Assembly (NCBI GenBank): GCA_963727445.1
Contig: CAVSGI010000020.1
Location: 640,001 to 704,000 of the forward strand
Origin: an uncultured delta proteobacterium
Lineage (GTDB): Bacteria; Myxococcota_A; Polyangia; Polyangiales; B10-G4
Direction: 5' to 3'
DNA length: 64,000 nucleotides
Positions 38,728 through 50,002 of the stretch are shown here, one piece after another. Under the pieces are notes generated by a model. It was not told the origin of the DNA. It worked only from the letters and a program-made list of their open reading frames with translations, and did not search any database. Made by a program: the position numbers and the translations under genes. Position 1 is the stretch's first letter. The number at the start of each line of letters is the position of its first letter.

Positions 38728-39437
38728 GATGCACCTCCATCCACGCCAGCGTCGCTGGTGCCCACGTCCGGCGCGGGCGCTTCTGCGTCACCCATGCTGG
38801 CGTCGTCCATGCCGCCGTCGCCGGCTGGCGCATCCGCCTCGGTGTAACACTCGCCGATGTCGCCCGCGGTCACGTCGAAGCATTCGGGTGCGAGCGTGGT
38901 GCCGCACATGAACATCGCGCCGAGCTCGTCCGCGCACTGGTCTTGGATGCAGCTGTCGCCGCCACCGCCGGGACAGTGATCGACGATGCAGCAGTAGAAT
39001 GCAGCGACCTCGGTGTCGCAGCCGTCGCGGTCGAGGCAGGCGATGAGCTGGGAGAAGATGCAGTCGTTGCAGCCGACCGTGCCGCCGCCCTCGGTCGTGT
39101 AGCGCGGCGTCTCGTCCGAGGCCCAGCAGTCGTTGCGGCAGCTATCGCCGTCCGAGCCTTCCGGGCAGCTCTCGACGCAGTCGCGCGTGGCTGCGGTGCA
39201 ACGGGGCAGCGCCTCCCCCGGCAGCGGCATGGCCTCGTAGCAGACGCGATCCGATGCGCTCGCGCTGCCGTCTTCGCCGTAGCTCGCATCGGGTCGCGGC
39301 GGGATCCCCGCATCGGCTGGCATCCACGCCGCAGGCTCCCCGCCCACGTCGTCGGTCCCGTTTTCACACCCGGCGAGAGGGAGCGAGAGCAACCCCGCCA
39401 CCCCCCACATCGCCAAGAACGTCTTGCCCATTTCCAT
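38724..39437 (-). CDS. Cys-rich acidic lipoprotein
   Basis: RBS GAGGAGAGG; lipobox LAGC; many Cys in CxxxC/CC patterns; DAG linker tail; GTGA overlap with next gene. Confidence 0.75.
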   Translation of the reverse strand: MEMGKTFLAMWGVAGLLSLPLAGCENGTDDVGGEPAAWMPADAGIPPRPDASYGEDGSASASDRVCYEAMPLPGEALPRCTAATRDCVESCPEGSDGDSCRNDCWASDETPRYTTEGGGTVGCNDCIFSQLIACLDRDGCDTEVAAFYCCIVDHCPGGGGDSCIQDQCADELGAMFMCGTTLAPECFDVTAGDIGECYTEADAPAGDGGMDDASMGDAEAPAPDVGTSDAGVDGGAS

Positions 39438-39478
39438 CCTCTCCTCTTCACCGCCTCGCGGCGTGTGTGAGCAGGTGG

Positions 39479-39517
39479 GCAAGATGCGGACCATCCCGAA
39501 ATCGTTGATCAAACGAT
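39479..39517 (-). promoter_or_regulatory. Sigma54 promoter with adjacent dyad / IHF-like site
   Basis: Minus strand TGGTCCGCATCTTGC (39493-39479; GG-N10-GC); upstream ATCGTT-N5-AACGAT (39501-39517), overlapping GATCAAcgatTT, which resembles WATCAA-N4-TTR. Confidence 0.65.
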
Positions 39518-39573
39518 GCGGGCGATTGGTCTTCTGAGGCGGCGCTGCCTCACCCAGCCGAGGGGCCGCGCAC

Positions 39574-40917
39574 TCAGTCGAGCTTCTTCAGCATGCGCTT
39601 GTAGTGCATGCGTTCCATCCCGGCGGCGCGGGCGGCGCGGCTGATGTTGCCGCCATGGCGTTCGAGCTGCCCTTCGAGGTACGCGCGATCGAAGCGCGAG
39701 AGGAGCTCGGCCTTCTGCTCGCCATAGGGGCGCTCGAGATCCACGTCCCAACCCGCGGTGCCGACGGCGTTGGCGGGACCGGACTCCACCTCGAGATCGC
39801 GCGCGCCGAGCGCCAGGGAGCGCTCGATCACGTTGCGAAGCTCGCGGACGTTGCCGGGCCAGGGATGCGTCTCGAGGCGCTTCCAGTTCTCGCCGGTGAT
39901 CGAGGCGAGGACGCGGTCCGCCTCGGCGACGTCGTCGACGCGGCGGCGAACGAAGTGCTCGACGAGCATGCGGATGTCCTCGCGGCGCTCGCGCAGCGGA
40001 GGGACACGCACGCGGATCACGGCCAGGCGGTAGTAGAGATCTTCTCGAAAGACGCCGCGGTTCACCGCCTCGGCGAGATCGCGATTGGTGGCGGCGACGA
40101 TCCGCGCGTCGAAGGAGACGGCGTCCGTTCCTCCCACGCGGCGGAAGGTTCGGTCCTCGAGGAGGCGGAGGAGCTTCGGCTGGAGCTCGATGGGGAGCTC
40201 GCCAATCTCGTCGAGGAAGAGCGTCCCGCCATCGGCGGCCTCGCACTGCCCGACGCGCCGCTCGGTGGCGCCGGTGAAGGCGCCCTTTTCGTGACCGAAG
40301 AGTAGGCTCTCGAGGAGGTTGGCCGGCACCGCGCCGCAGTCCACCACCACGAAGGGGCCCTGCGCACGCTTGCTGCTGCGATGGACGGCCCGTGTGAGCA
40401 CCTCTTTTCCGGTGCCCGATTCGCCCTCGAAGAGGAGCGTCGCGTCGCTCTGGGCGGCCTTGTCGAGGAGGGCGAAGAGCTCGCGCATGGCCAGCGACTT
40501 CCCCACTGCGCCCGCGAAGGAGCTGTGCTCCGAGCGGGGGACGCGGGACTCGGCGTCGGTCGGCGTGAACAGGAAGGTGGTGTCTCCCGCGCGGATGGTC
40601 GAGCCCAGCCGAAGGTAGATGTCCTGGGCGCGGTAGCCGTCGACCCAGGTTCCGTTGCGGCTGCCCAGGTCGCGGAGCCGAAAGCCGTGAGCGTCGAGGA
40701 CGATCTCGAAGTGCAGGCGGCTCACCAGCTCGTCGCTGATCACCAGGTCCGCGCCCGGGCGCGAGCCCACGCGCACCACCTCTGCCGCAAAGGGATAGGG
40801 CTGGGGGCTTCCGCGGCCGGTCGTGACCTCGAGCAGGAAGCCGCGGATCGCTCGCGACTCCGGGACGCCGTCCTGCACGAAGGTGCGCGTCGCCCACGTA
40901 GTCTCGGCTCCCTTCAT
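39574..40917 (-). CDS. FHA-domain sigma54-dependent enhancer-binding protein (Fis-type HTH)
   Basis: FHA 'VSRLH...[10 protein letters not shown]'; [51 protein letters not shown]. Confidence 0.95.
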   Translation of the reverse strand: MKGAETTWATRTFVQDGVPESRAIRGFLLEVTTGRGSPQPYPFAAEVVRVGSRPGADLVISDELVSRLHFEIVLDAHGFRLRDLGSRNGTWVDGYRAQDIYLRLGSTIRAGDTTFLFTPTDAESRVPRSEHSSFAGAVGKSLAMRELFALLDKAAQSDATLLFEGESGTGKEVLTRAVHRSSKRAQGPFVVVDCGAVPANLLESLLFGHEKGAFTGATERRVGQCEAADGGTLFLDEIGELPIELQPKLLRLLEDRTFRRVGGTDAVSFDARIVAATNRDLAEAVNRGVFREDLYYRLAVIRVRVPPLRERREDIRMLVEHFVRRRVDDVAEADRVLASITGENWKRLETHPWPGNVRELRNVIERSLALGARDLEVESGPANAVGTAGWDVDLERPYGEQKAELLSRFDRAYLEGQLERHGGNISRAARAAGMERMHYKRMLKKLD

Positions 40918-42617
40918 CGCATCCCTCCACCCAGCGTGAGGCTCACCCTCTCGACCTCGCCCGCACCGACGTTCACCGTCGTCCGGGCTTCGAGCTCGGC
41001 CGCCGGGTTTTGCACGACGATCTGGTGACGTCCAGCTCGCACCGGGTGCCCGCGGAGCGTCGTTCGGCCGACGCGCTCCCCGTCGATGAAGACCCATCCC
41101 CACGGATCGCTCGCAACCCAGAGGGTTCCGTTCGCGGCGGCGCTCATCGTGGCGGCGCGTCGTCGTCGCATCGACGCGGGCGTGGCTGTCCGTGGTTGGG
41201 TGGGCGGCGCGGCTTCGGCCACCCCTTCGCCCTCGGCGTGTGGCGCCATGTCGACGGCTTTGGTCGTCTCGGCCTCTGCTTGGACCAGCACCGGGGTGAC
41301 CGGCGCCTGCTCCGCTACCCGTGCATCCACCGGCCGCGCGGCGTCGGCAGAGTCCGTCGCGGAAGTGGCTGCGATGACCACCGCCGCGACCACAGCCGCC
41401 GCGACGAAGATCGCGGCGACGAGGGCGGGGCGGCGCTTCGACCGCGGCGCCTGCTCCGCAACGATGGCGTCTGGGGCGTCCAAGGCGACAGGCGCCGCGG
41501 CCTCGGCTGTCACGGTGGGTGTTTCCGGCTCGGGCGCGGAGGCGCCGGTCACGAAGACGCTCACCGGCTCGTCGCTCGATACGCGGCGAAGCTCGGCGCC
41601 CAGGCGCAGGTCGAAGTCTTCCACCGGTGGCTTGTCAGCGAAGGTGGTCAGTCGCGTGTGGGAACGCGCTTCGGGTGTGTCTGGAGCGCCCTTCGGGGAC
41701 TCGCCCCCGAACTCTTCCTCGAGCTCTTGGATCAGGTCGGCGATGTCGGTGGTCGACAGGAGCCATCCGTTCCTCATCGCGAACGCTTCGAGGTCCTGAC
41801 GCATCACCGCGGCGCTCTCGTAGCGCTGCCCGGGCGCGGCCGACATGGCGCGGTCCACGATTCGTTCGAGCTCCGGGTCGACGTCGGGGCGGATCGCCGA
41901 GAGCTTCGCGCGCCGTCCGGCGAGGACGTCCGGGACCAGGGCGAGCTGATCGGGGCCGTCGAAGGGCCGCTTGCCGCCGAGGATCTCGAAGAGCACGACG
42001 CCCGCCGCATACACGTCCGCGCGCGCGTCCACCTGCTCGCCCCGGAGCTGCTCCGGTGCCATGTAGGCGATCTTGCCCTTGATGGTCCCCGCCATCGACT
42101 CGCCCGCCGCGAGCTCGCTCTTCGCGATACCGAAGTCGGTGAGCTTCACCTCGCCCTCGCGCGAGACCAATACGTTGCCCGGCGAGATGTCGCGGTGGAC
42201 GAGCCCGAGAGGGTTGCCTTCGTCATCCCGCCGGCGGTGTGCGTAATCGAGGCCCTTGAGCGCCTCCACCAGCGCCGTCACCGCGAGCCGTGGCGGCAAT
42301 GGACCGCCGCGGATCCGCTTGTGCGCCCGCGAGAGCTGACCCAGCGTCGGCCCATCGACGTACTCCATCGCGATGAACCAGCGCTCGTCCACCCGCCCGA
42401 CGTCGAAGGCATGGACCACGTTGGCGTGGGAGAGGGTCATCGCGAGGCGGGCCTCGTCGACGAACATGGTCACGAAATCTCCGCGGGCCGCCAGCTCTCC
42501 GCGCACGAGCTTCAGCGCTACCTTCTTGGTTGCGCCGCCCTCACCGACGAGACGGGCGCGATAGACCTCTCCCATCCCTCCCGAGGCGAGATGCTCGTCG
42601 ATGCGATAGCGCGCCAA
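40914..42617 (-). CDS. Membrane Ser/Thr protein kinase with C-terminal PEGA-like domain
   Basis: [50 protein letters not shown]; '[11 protein letters not shown]...GRT'. Start (TTG) uncertain. Confidence 0.93.
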   Translation of the reverse strand: MARYRIDEHLASGGMGEVYRARLVGEGGATKKVALKLVRGELAARGDFVTMFVDEARLAMTLSHANVVHAFDVGRVDERWFIAMEYVDGPTLGQLSRAHKRIRGGPLPPRLAVTALVEALKGLDYAHRRRDDEGNPLGLVHRDISPGNVLVSREGEVKLTDFGIAKSELAAGESMAGTIKGKIAYMAPEQLRGEQVDARADVYAAGVVLFEILGGKRPFDGPDQLALVPDVLAGRRAKLSAIRPDVDPELERIVDRAMSAAPGQRYESAAVMRQDLEAFAMRNGWLLSTTDIADLIQELEEEFGGESPKGAPDTPEARSHTRLTTFADKPPVEDFDLRLGAELRRVSSDEPVSVFVTGASAPEPETPTVTAEAAAPVALDAPDAIVAEQAPRSKRRPALVAAIFVAAAVVAAVVIAATSATDSADAARPVDARVAEQAPVTPVLVQAEAETTKAVDMAPHAEGEGVAEAAPPTQPRTATPASMRRRRAATMSAAANGTLWVASDPWGWVFIDGERVGRTTLRGHPVRAGRHQIVVQNPAAELEARTTVNVGAGEVERVSLTLGGGMR

Positions 42618-42635
42618 AGCGCGCGGATCATACCG

Positions 42636-43775
42636 TCACTCGACCGATGACGCTCGCAGGACGGGCTGCGGGTCCTGGCTCAGCGCGATCCCGATGGCCG
42701 CGGCCGCGCCGCCCAGCACCACCACGCCGACGACGGTCCAGAGCCAGGGCGAAGCGAGGATCGAGCTGCCTTCTTCGGCGGCCGGGGCTTCGGGCGTGGT
42801 CTCGGCGGGCAGCCCGGTGACGAGCGCCCGAACGCTCCCCTCGCCTGGAGCCACCGACCCGGCGCTCACGGCGCCATCCGAGAGACGTAGCGCGAGGGCG
42901 GCGCCCGTGCTCTGCACGCGGATCACCACGTTCGTGGCGTAGCGATCGGCGAGCAGCTCGCGTGCGCTCTCGGGAAGCGCGGCCAGGGCGGCGTCGTCAG
43001 TGTGCAGGATCTGGCGCGACAGGGCGGTCTCGCCCGCCAGGGGCAGATCGACGTCGAGGGGCGCGTTTCCGCCGGACGCGATCTGGACCGTGAGGTTTCG
43101 GGGGGCCCGGCCGAACGCCTGGAAGGAGAGATAGTGCTGACCCGGCGCGGCGTGGAGCGTGATGGGAGAAGGTCCGGCAGCTTCGCCGTCGATGAAGACG
43201 GTCGCGCCCGCCGGCTCGGTGGTCACCGCCAGCGCCGCCGGCGCTTCGGCGCGCGCCTCGGTCGCGACCTCCTGGTAGAGGGCGACGATGTCGGGCGGAA
43301 ACTCGATATCGGAGAGCGCCGCGTTCGGGTCGAGGAGCGCGGCGGCGGTGAGGGCGCTCCGCGCGCGATCCTCGCGCCCGAGGTTCGACTCGAACAGGCC
43401 GCGGTAACAGAGCGCCTGGTGCAGCGCGTTCCAGTCCGCGGGCTCTGACGCTTCTGATTCGAGGAGCACCTGTGCTTCGCCGATCTCGGCGAGCGCTTCG
43501 GCGTTTTCGAACCGCACGGCGTGTGCGCGGGCCTCTTCGAAGAGGGGCGCGACGCGCGCGGCGGCGGTCTCGGCAGGGGCGATCTCGCTCACCCGCCCCG
43601 CGCTCTCGGCGAGCGCCAGTCTTTCGACCGTTTCCGACTGAGCGAGGATCACCGCCTCGGCGGGATCGACCGCTCGCGCCGTCGGGGTCGTGGCCGCCGG
43701 TGTCGTCGCGGCGCCGCAAGCGGTGAGCGAGAGAGCGAAGCCGATCCACGTGGCGAGGTGCGAGGGCCTGCTCAC
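42636..43775 (-). CDS. PEGA domain lipoprotein with TPR-like helices and C-terminal TM
   Basis: GTG overlaps upstream stop; lipobox LTAC; 'VTTEPAGATVFIDGEAAGPSP...PGQH'; 'SPWLWTVVGVVVLGGAAAAIGI'. Confidence 0.8.
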   Translation of the reverse strand: MSRPSHLATWIGFALSLTACGAATTPAATTPTARAVDPAEAVILAQSETVERLALAESAGRVSEIAPAETAAARVAPLFEEARAHAVRFENAEALAEIGEAQVLLESEASEPADWNALHQALCYRGLFESNLGREDRARSALTAAALLDPNAALSDIEFPPDIVALYQEVATEARAEAPAALAVTTEPAGATVFIDGEAAGPSPITLHAAPGQHYLSFQAFGRAPRNLTVQIASGGNAPLDVDLPLAGETALSRQILHTDDAALAALPESARELLADRYATNVVIRVQSTGAALALRLSDGAVSAGSVAPGEGSVRALVTGLPAETTPEAPAAEEGSSILASPWLWTVVGVVVLGGAAAAIGIALSQDPQPVLRASSVE

Positions 43776-45322
43776 GGCAACACCACATCCGAAAAGTAGA
43801 GGCCAGCGTAGGGCACCGCGTCCACCGTCATGTCCGCGAGGTTCAGCCGACTGCCGCCGACCACGAGCACGGTTCCGTCGACGAGCAACGTCGCGCTGTG
43901 GAACACGAGCGGCGGGGCTCCGTGCATCGGGACCGTTCGCGTGCTGACGACCTCGCAGGTGCATCCGCGGACCTGAAGAAGCGTACCGTCGTCCCGGGCG
44001 GTGGACCCGTTCTGACCGCCCACGAGCAGGAGATCGATCTCCCCCGCCCCGTCGTTGACCAACACGGTCTGATGGTCGCGCCGCGGCTGGGGAAGAGCGC
44101 CTACACGCCTCAGCTGCAACATGGAGGGGTCGGTGCTCAGCGGTGTGCAGAAGATGCCGTCGAGGGTCGTGTCGGGGTCGGTGCTGGGGTCGGGACGCAC
44201 GCCTCCGCCCGTCACGTAGATGGCGCCGGTTGTGACCGATCCGCTCTCCACACACGGCACGACGCCGCCGGTCATGGCGACCCACCCAGGTCCCGGGTCG
44301 CTCGCCGCTTCGACGGGGATCGGGATGGAGCAGGGCGCACCCGCTGCCCCGCAGCCCGGCGTCAGCAGCGCCACCGGATCTGCGCCGTACCCATCGCCGC
44401 CGATGGAGAGCGTTGCCGTTCCGAGCGGGATCAGCTGTGGGCTGGCGCGCGTCGCTCCGGGGAGGGCTGCGTCGTCCACCACGCGCCCCAGCGTCTCGTC
44501 CAGGGTGGTGAGGGTGGGCCCGGCGCGCTGGCCGCCGTGGACGGCGACGTTTCCGTTCTCGATCCTGGCGGCGCTCGGGCGGCAGCGGGGAGAGGGGAGC
44601 GTGGGGAGATCGCTGCGCGGCGTGGGCCAGACCACCTCCATCGTGTCGAAGCAACTCCCGTCGGGGATGGAGGTGCCTCCGATGGCCGCGACTTCGCCGC
44701 CGTCGAGGGCGAGCGCGGCTGGGAACACGCGCGGGGCGTCGAGCGCGCCAACCACCGCAAACGCACCGGTGCGCATGTCGTATCGCTCCACTGTCGTCAC
44801 ACCGTCTCGCCAGAAGGTCGGCGCCGACGGGTCGAGGCGAGCCGCGCCGCCCAGCACCAGCGCGCCCTCGGCGACGGGGGCTGCGCCGTGCGTCAGGCGC
44901 GGCGAAAGCGGGGGCCGGCGCGTTGGCTGTATCTCGTCGACGCACCCGACCGAGATCACCACCTGGTCGCCTTGGAGGCTGTGCACGAAGGGAAGGCTTC
45001 GGCCGGCCACGCGATCGGCGGAGACACACCCGGAGCGAGCGCCGAACACCACGGCCGCGGCGAAGGTGTGGCCCTCGGGAAGAAGGTCGAAGTCGGGAAA
45101 CGAGACGCCTTCGAGGAGGTCGCCCGCCTGGCCGCTCCACGACATCGAGATCGATTCGTCGCCCGTCATCGCCGGGTCGCCGAGGTCGACGAAGAGGATA
45201 TCTGCCGTCGTGAAGTCGCGGCTGGGATCGAGGGCGTCGTCGTGGACGAGGGCGAGCTCGAGCTCCGGACCGCCGGCACACCCGAGCATCCCCAGCACCA
45301 CAGCGATGATCGCAGGCGGCAT
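43772..45322 (-). CDS. Kelch/galactose-oxidase-like beta-propeller lipoprotein
   Basis: Lipobox MLGC; repeated 'PRxxH...LVxGG' blades (PRLTHG..LVLGG, PRRDHQ..LLVGG, FHSATLLVDGTVLVVGG). Confidence 0.8.
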   Translation of the reverse strand: MPPAIIAVVLGMLGCAGGPELELALVHDDALDPSRDFTTADILFVDLGDPAMTGDESISMSWSGQAGDLLEGVSFPDFDLLPEGHTFAAAVVFGARSGCVSADRVAGRSLPFVHSLQGDQVVISVGCVDEIQPTRRPPLSPRLTHGAAPVAEGALVLGGAARLDPSAPTFWRDGVTTVERYDMRTGAFAVVGALDAPRVFPAALALDGGEVAAIGGTSIPDGSCFDTMEVVWPTPRSDLPTLPSPRCRPSAARIENGNVAVHGGQRAGPTLTTLDETLGRVVDDAALPGATRASPQLIPLGTATLSIGGDGYGADPVALLTPGCGAAGAPCSIPIPVEAASDPGPGWVAMTGGVVPCVESGSVTTGAIYVTGGGVRPDPSTDPDTTLDGIFCTPLSTDPSMLQLRRVGALPQPRRDHQTVLVNDGAGEIDLLLVGGQNGSTARDDGTLLQVRGCTCEVVSTRTVPMHGAPPLVFHSATLLVDGTVLVVGGSRLNLADMTVDAVPYAGLYFSDVVLP

Positions 45323-45362
45323 CGAGCGGAAGATACACGAGGAAGCGTGGTAATCTCACGGC

Positions 45363-46787
45363 TTGCACTGGCGTGTGGGCATGGCGTTGCTGGTGGCCGC
45401 CGCGGCTTGTGGGGGTGGCGACGGCCAGCTCATCCTCGACCTCCGAACCGACCTCCGTGCCGGCTCGGACTTCATCGACATCCGGACGCGTGTTTTCCTC
45501 GGGGACGAGACCACGGTCGAGCGTGAGGTCGTCACCCCCGCGCCTGCAGCGCGTGACCTCTCCACGGGCTTTCGCGTCGCGGAGATCGGAGGCCTCGAGG
45601 CGGGGCCCACGCGGGTGGAGATCGCGCTCCTCGACGGGGCGAGCGCGGTCGTGGCGGATCGCACCATCCGCGTCGAAGTCTCGGGGGCGACGGCGATCAG
45701 CGTCTCGGTCTCTCGGACCTGCACCGGCGTGGTCTGCCCGGGCGCCTCGGATGCGCCGGAGGCGACGGAGTGCCTCGGGGGACGGTGCGTGACACCGATG
45801 TGCGCCGAGGGGGACGCGACGGCCTGCGAGGTGCCGGAGCTCTCCCTCGCCGAGCTCTTGCGCCAGTCCGTCGAGGCGAGCTGCGAGGCGGCGTCCGCAT
45901 GTCTCGGAGCGGCTTTCGATTTCGCCTTTCGTGGAGACGACTGCGCGTCGTACCTCGAGCCGCGTGTCGGGGGCGCCGTCGTCGACGTCTTGCAGCATTC
46001 GCTGGTCGAGGGGCGCGTCAACTACCACCCGGAGGCGGCCTTCGGGTGTTTGAACGCGCTCCGCACGAGCTGTCGTGGTTACGGGCTGACCAAGCAATTC
46101 CTCGAGTGTGTCGACGCGATCGAAGGAACGGTCGAGCTGGGCGGCGACTGTCTCACCGAGTTCGACTGCGCGGGGGTGGAGAGCTATTGCCGTTATGACT
46201 CTTGCCCCGGCCGATGCGAGCCCCGTGGGGCGGTGGGGGACAGCTGCACCATCGGCGAAGAGTGCGGGATCGATCTCCACTGCACCGACGGCGCGTGCGC
46301 GGAGGTCGTCGCCGAGGGAGAGCCTTGCGTGGAGGGAACGCAGGCGTGTGCCTACGACAGCATCTGCGTCGCGCGCCCGCCCGGCGCCGGAGCGACGTGC
46401 GTGAAGAACGCGGAGTTCTTCGCTGCCGGGGATGGCGAGGCGTGTGGGCCCGCGGCGGGTGAATACTGCGGAGACGGGCTGAGCTGCGACGTGATGTCCG
46501 CGACGTGCACTCCAAAAGCCACGAGCGGTGGGGCGTGCACCAACGCGTTTCCGGATCCGTGTCCGACGGCGGAGTACTGTGACTCGACCACGCTCACTTG
46601 CACGGCGCTCCCGCTCGCGGGCGAAGTCTGCGCCATGGTCGACGGAGTCCCGCGCTGCGGGGCGGGCCATCAGTGCGACTCCGGGACGTGCGTCCGCCTT
46701 CTCGACGTCGGGGAGACGTGCACGTCGAGCTTGGAGTGCACGACGACGCTCTGCATCCTCGGCCGCTGCGCCAGCAGCTGCGAGTGA
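45363..46787 (+). CDS. Cys-rich lipoprotein with conserved N-terminal 'DxRTD' domain and GxxC repeats
   Basis: Lipobox AAAC; N-terminal region parallels 3309..4511; C-terminal GDxC/GExC Cys repeats. Start may be 45375 or 45381. Confidence 0.75.
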   Translation: MHWRVGMALLVAAAACGGGDGQLILDLRTDLRAGSDFIDIRTRVFLGDETTVEREVVTPAPAARDLSTGFRVAEIGGLEAGPTRVEIALLDGASAVVADRTIRVEVSGATAISVSVSRTCTGVVCPGASDAPEATECLGGRCVTPMCAEGDATACEVPELSLAELLRQSVEASCEAASACLGAAFDFAFRGDDCASYLEPRVGGAVVDVLQHSLVEGRVNYHPEAAFGCLNALRTSCRGYGLTKQFLECVDAIEGTVELGGDCLTEFDCAGVESYCRYDSCPGRCEPRGAVGDSCTIGEECGIDLHCTDGACAEVVAEGEPCVEGTQACAYDSICVARPPGAGATCVKNAEFFAAGDGEACGPAAGEYCGDGLSCDVMSATCTPKATSGGACTNAFPDPCPTAEYCDSTTLTCTALPLAGEVCAMVDGVPRCGAGHQCDSGTCVRLLDVGETCTSSLECTTTLCILGRCASSCE

Positions 46788-47051
46788 TCAGTCGCCCGTC
46801 TTGCAGGCACGCGACTCGAAGAAGTCGACCTGCACCGGCTCCGTTCCCCGGAAGGTGACCACCCAGGTTCGGTAGACCTCGCCCTTTTCGAGGTCCGCCT
46901 TGCGGCGCGCGTCGATGTAGACGAGCCGTTGTTCCGGATGCTCGACCACGTATGCATCTCCCACACCCTCCCGAACGACGTCGGCGTCTGGGTGCACCTG
47001 GGCGATCAACGATAGCGCCGCTTCGAGCTCGGCGGGCGAGGGGCTGTGCAT
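46788..47051 (-). CDS. Small hypothetical protein
   Basis: 87-aa ORF 6 nt downstream of the 47058 gene, normal codon bias. Confidence 0.5.
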   Translation of the reverse strand: MHSPSPAELEAALSLIAQVHPDADVVREGVGDAYVVEHPEQRLVYIDARRKADLEKGEVYRTWVVTFRGTEPVQVDFFESRACKTGD

Positions 47052-47057
47052 GGGCCG

Positions 47058-48689
47058 TCAGGGGGCGGCGGCGCACGCCTGTTCGAAGATGTACTCGCCG
47101 TCGGCGACGTTGCGGTAGACGGTGCCGGCGGGGCAGGCGTCCTCGGAGAGGGCGATGGCCATGCACTTGTCGATGCAGAGGTTTCCGCTGGGGGAGCCGC
47201 AGTCGGTGTGCGTAGTGCAATCGCGGCCGATGGCGTCCACATTGGCGAAGGGGTGGAGGTGGTCGTTTTCGTCGATGCCGGTGACGCCATAGAAGACCTT
47301 CGCCTCCTGGTTGGCGTCGTTGAAGTTGAGGCTGCTGATCAGGGCGTAGTAGCTCGGGGCGACGAGCTCGCCGTCGATGTAGCGGTCGTTTCCATACCCG
47401 GTAAAGACCTCACCGGTGCCGATCAGCTGCATCAGGAGCTCGGGCCCGCCCTGACCGACGGAGAAATTGACGGTGGTGATCACGTCGAGGTTGCCGACGT
47501 TCTTGTCGGGATGGGCATAGAGCATGTCGGCGTACTGAGAGTAGGTCTGGCAGCCCGCGGCGATGACAAGTTGCTGCTTGTCGGTGAAAGGCGCGGTGGC
47601 GAACTCGTCCTGGCCGACCTGGGCCTCGCCCGCGGCGTCGAGGTAGAAGCCGTAGTAGGGGCCGGCATGACCGTTGTAGAAGAAGACGTCGCGGGTCGTG
47701 ATCTCGGAGAGGGCCAGGTCGTGCTGGCGCACGCGGTCGTCGGTGAACATCTCGCTGTGGAAGATGCGCACCTCCACGCGCACGTCGCGTCCGCCGACCT
47801 GGATGGTGCGGGTGAGGGGGCCGCTGTCGGGGGTGAGGCGGGCGAAGCGATCGAGCGCGTCCGTCGTCGCCTCGTCGGGCATCGCCAGAACGGCCCCAAC
47901 CTTGTCCTTCACCACCATGTTCGGTGTGTCGCCGTAGGTCACCGAGTCGAGGTCGAAGCCAAGGTTCGCGAGATAGTAGAAGAAGATGAAGCCCTCGATG
48001 AGGTCGGTGCGCTCGTCGTTGTAGTCGTGCCCCTGGAAGAGGGTGATGTCGTAGAGCCCGTCGCCGACGAAGTAGTCGTACGCCGGGTAGGCGTCGGCGA
48101 TCTGCGGGAGGGCGCGGATGGACAGGCTGAGTGTCTCTGTCTCACCCGTGTAGGTGGCGGGATCGAAGCCCCGAATCGCGCTCAGCTCGTCGCCGTCGCT
48201 GATGGTGGCGTCCTTGGGCATGACCAGGTCGAAGGTGTCGCCCCCGAGCATGTCGACGAGGGTGGGCGGTCCCGCGACATCGACGGTGAAGGAGACGGTG
48301 ACGCCCGCAGTCGGGTCGCCGGAGACGACCAGGTCGTCGAAGGAGCGATTGCGCACCATCGCATCGAAGCCGCCGTAGTTGGGGTTGTCGAAGTACTCGT
48401 CGAGCTTGTCCGTGACGAAGGTCGTCAGGTAGACGCCGATGGCGGAGAGCCGTCGATCGATCACCTCGGCCCGCTTCGTCTCATCCGCCCAATCCGCATC
48501 CGAGATGGTCACCGGCGTGGTGCCCGTGACCTCGAACTCGTAGGCCACGTCGCTGTAGAAATCGTCGGCCTTGCCGGGGTCGACCAGCGTCAGGCCGCCG
48601 CCTGGACCGCCGCCGTCGCCCCCGACGCCGCAACCGAGAGCACCGATGACCGCGAGAGGCAGCACGAAGGGCACGAGACGAGATCGCAT
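47058..48689 (-). CDS. 'GKAD' lipoprotein with putative clan-CD-like His/Cys motifs
   Basis: Lipobox ALGC; 'PGKADDF'; 'VFFYNGHAG' and 'LVIAAGCQTY'; Cys-rich C-terminus. Confidence 0.65.
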   Translation of the reverse strand: MRSRLVPFVLPLAVIGALGCGVGGDGGGPGGGLTLVDPGKADDFYSDVAYEFEVTGTTPVTISDADWADETKRAEVIDRRLSAIGVYLTTFVTDKLDEYFDNPNYGGFDAMVRNRSFDDLVVSGDPTAGVTVSFTVDVAGPPTLVDMLGGDTFDLVMPKDATISDGDELSAIRGFDPATYTGETETLSLSIRALPQIADAYPAYDYFVGDGLYDITLFQGHDYNDERTDLIEGFIFFYYLANLGFDLDSVTYGDTPNMVVKDKVGAVLAMPDEATTDALDRFARLTPDSGPLTRTIQVGGRDVRVEVRIFHSEMFTDDRVRQHDLALSEITTRDVFFYNGHAGPYYGFYLDAAGEAQVGQDEFATAPFTDKQQLVIAAGCQTYSQYADMLYAHPDKNVGNLDVITTVNFSVGQGGPELLMQLIGTGEVFTGYGNDRYIDGELVAPSYYALISSLNFNDANQEAKVFYGVTGIDENDHLHPFANVDAIGRDCTTHTDCGSPSGNLCIDKCMAIALSEDACPAGTVYRNVADGEYIFEQACAAAP

Positions 48690-48793
48690 GACGAGATGAT
48701 ACAGAAGAGAGAGCAGAGGTGGTCCATCGGTCGGCGCCCCGGCTCGCATGACAAGCGCGCGATCGGTCCTATCTGAGGGGGCGTCGCGCTCCG

Positions 48794-50002
<1,209 letters not shown>

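Noticed and set aside
42636..46670. 1344-aa ORF as one giant protein
   Set aside because: Only the last 379 aa (from GTG 43775) look like protein; the rest is an Arg/Pro-rich off-frame or antisense read of the Kelch and Cys-rich genes, typical of GC-rich DNA.
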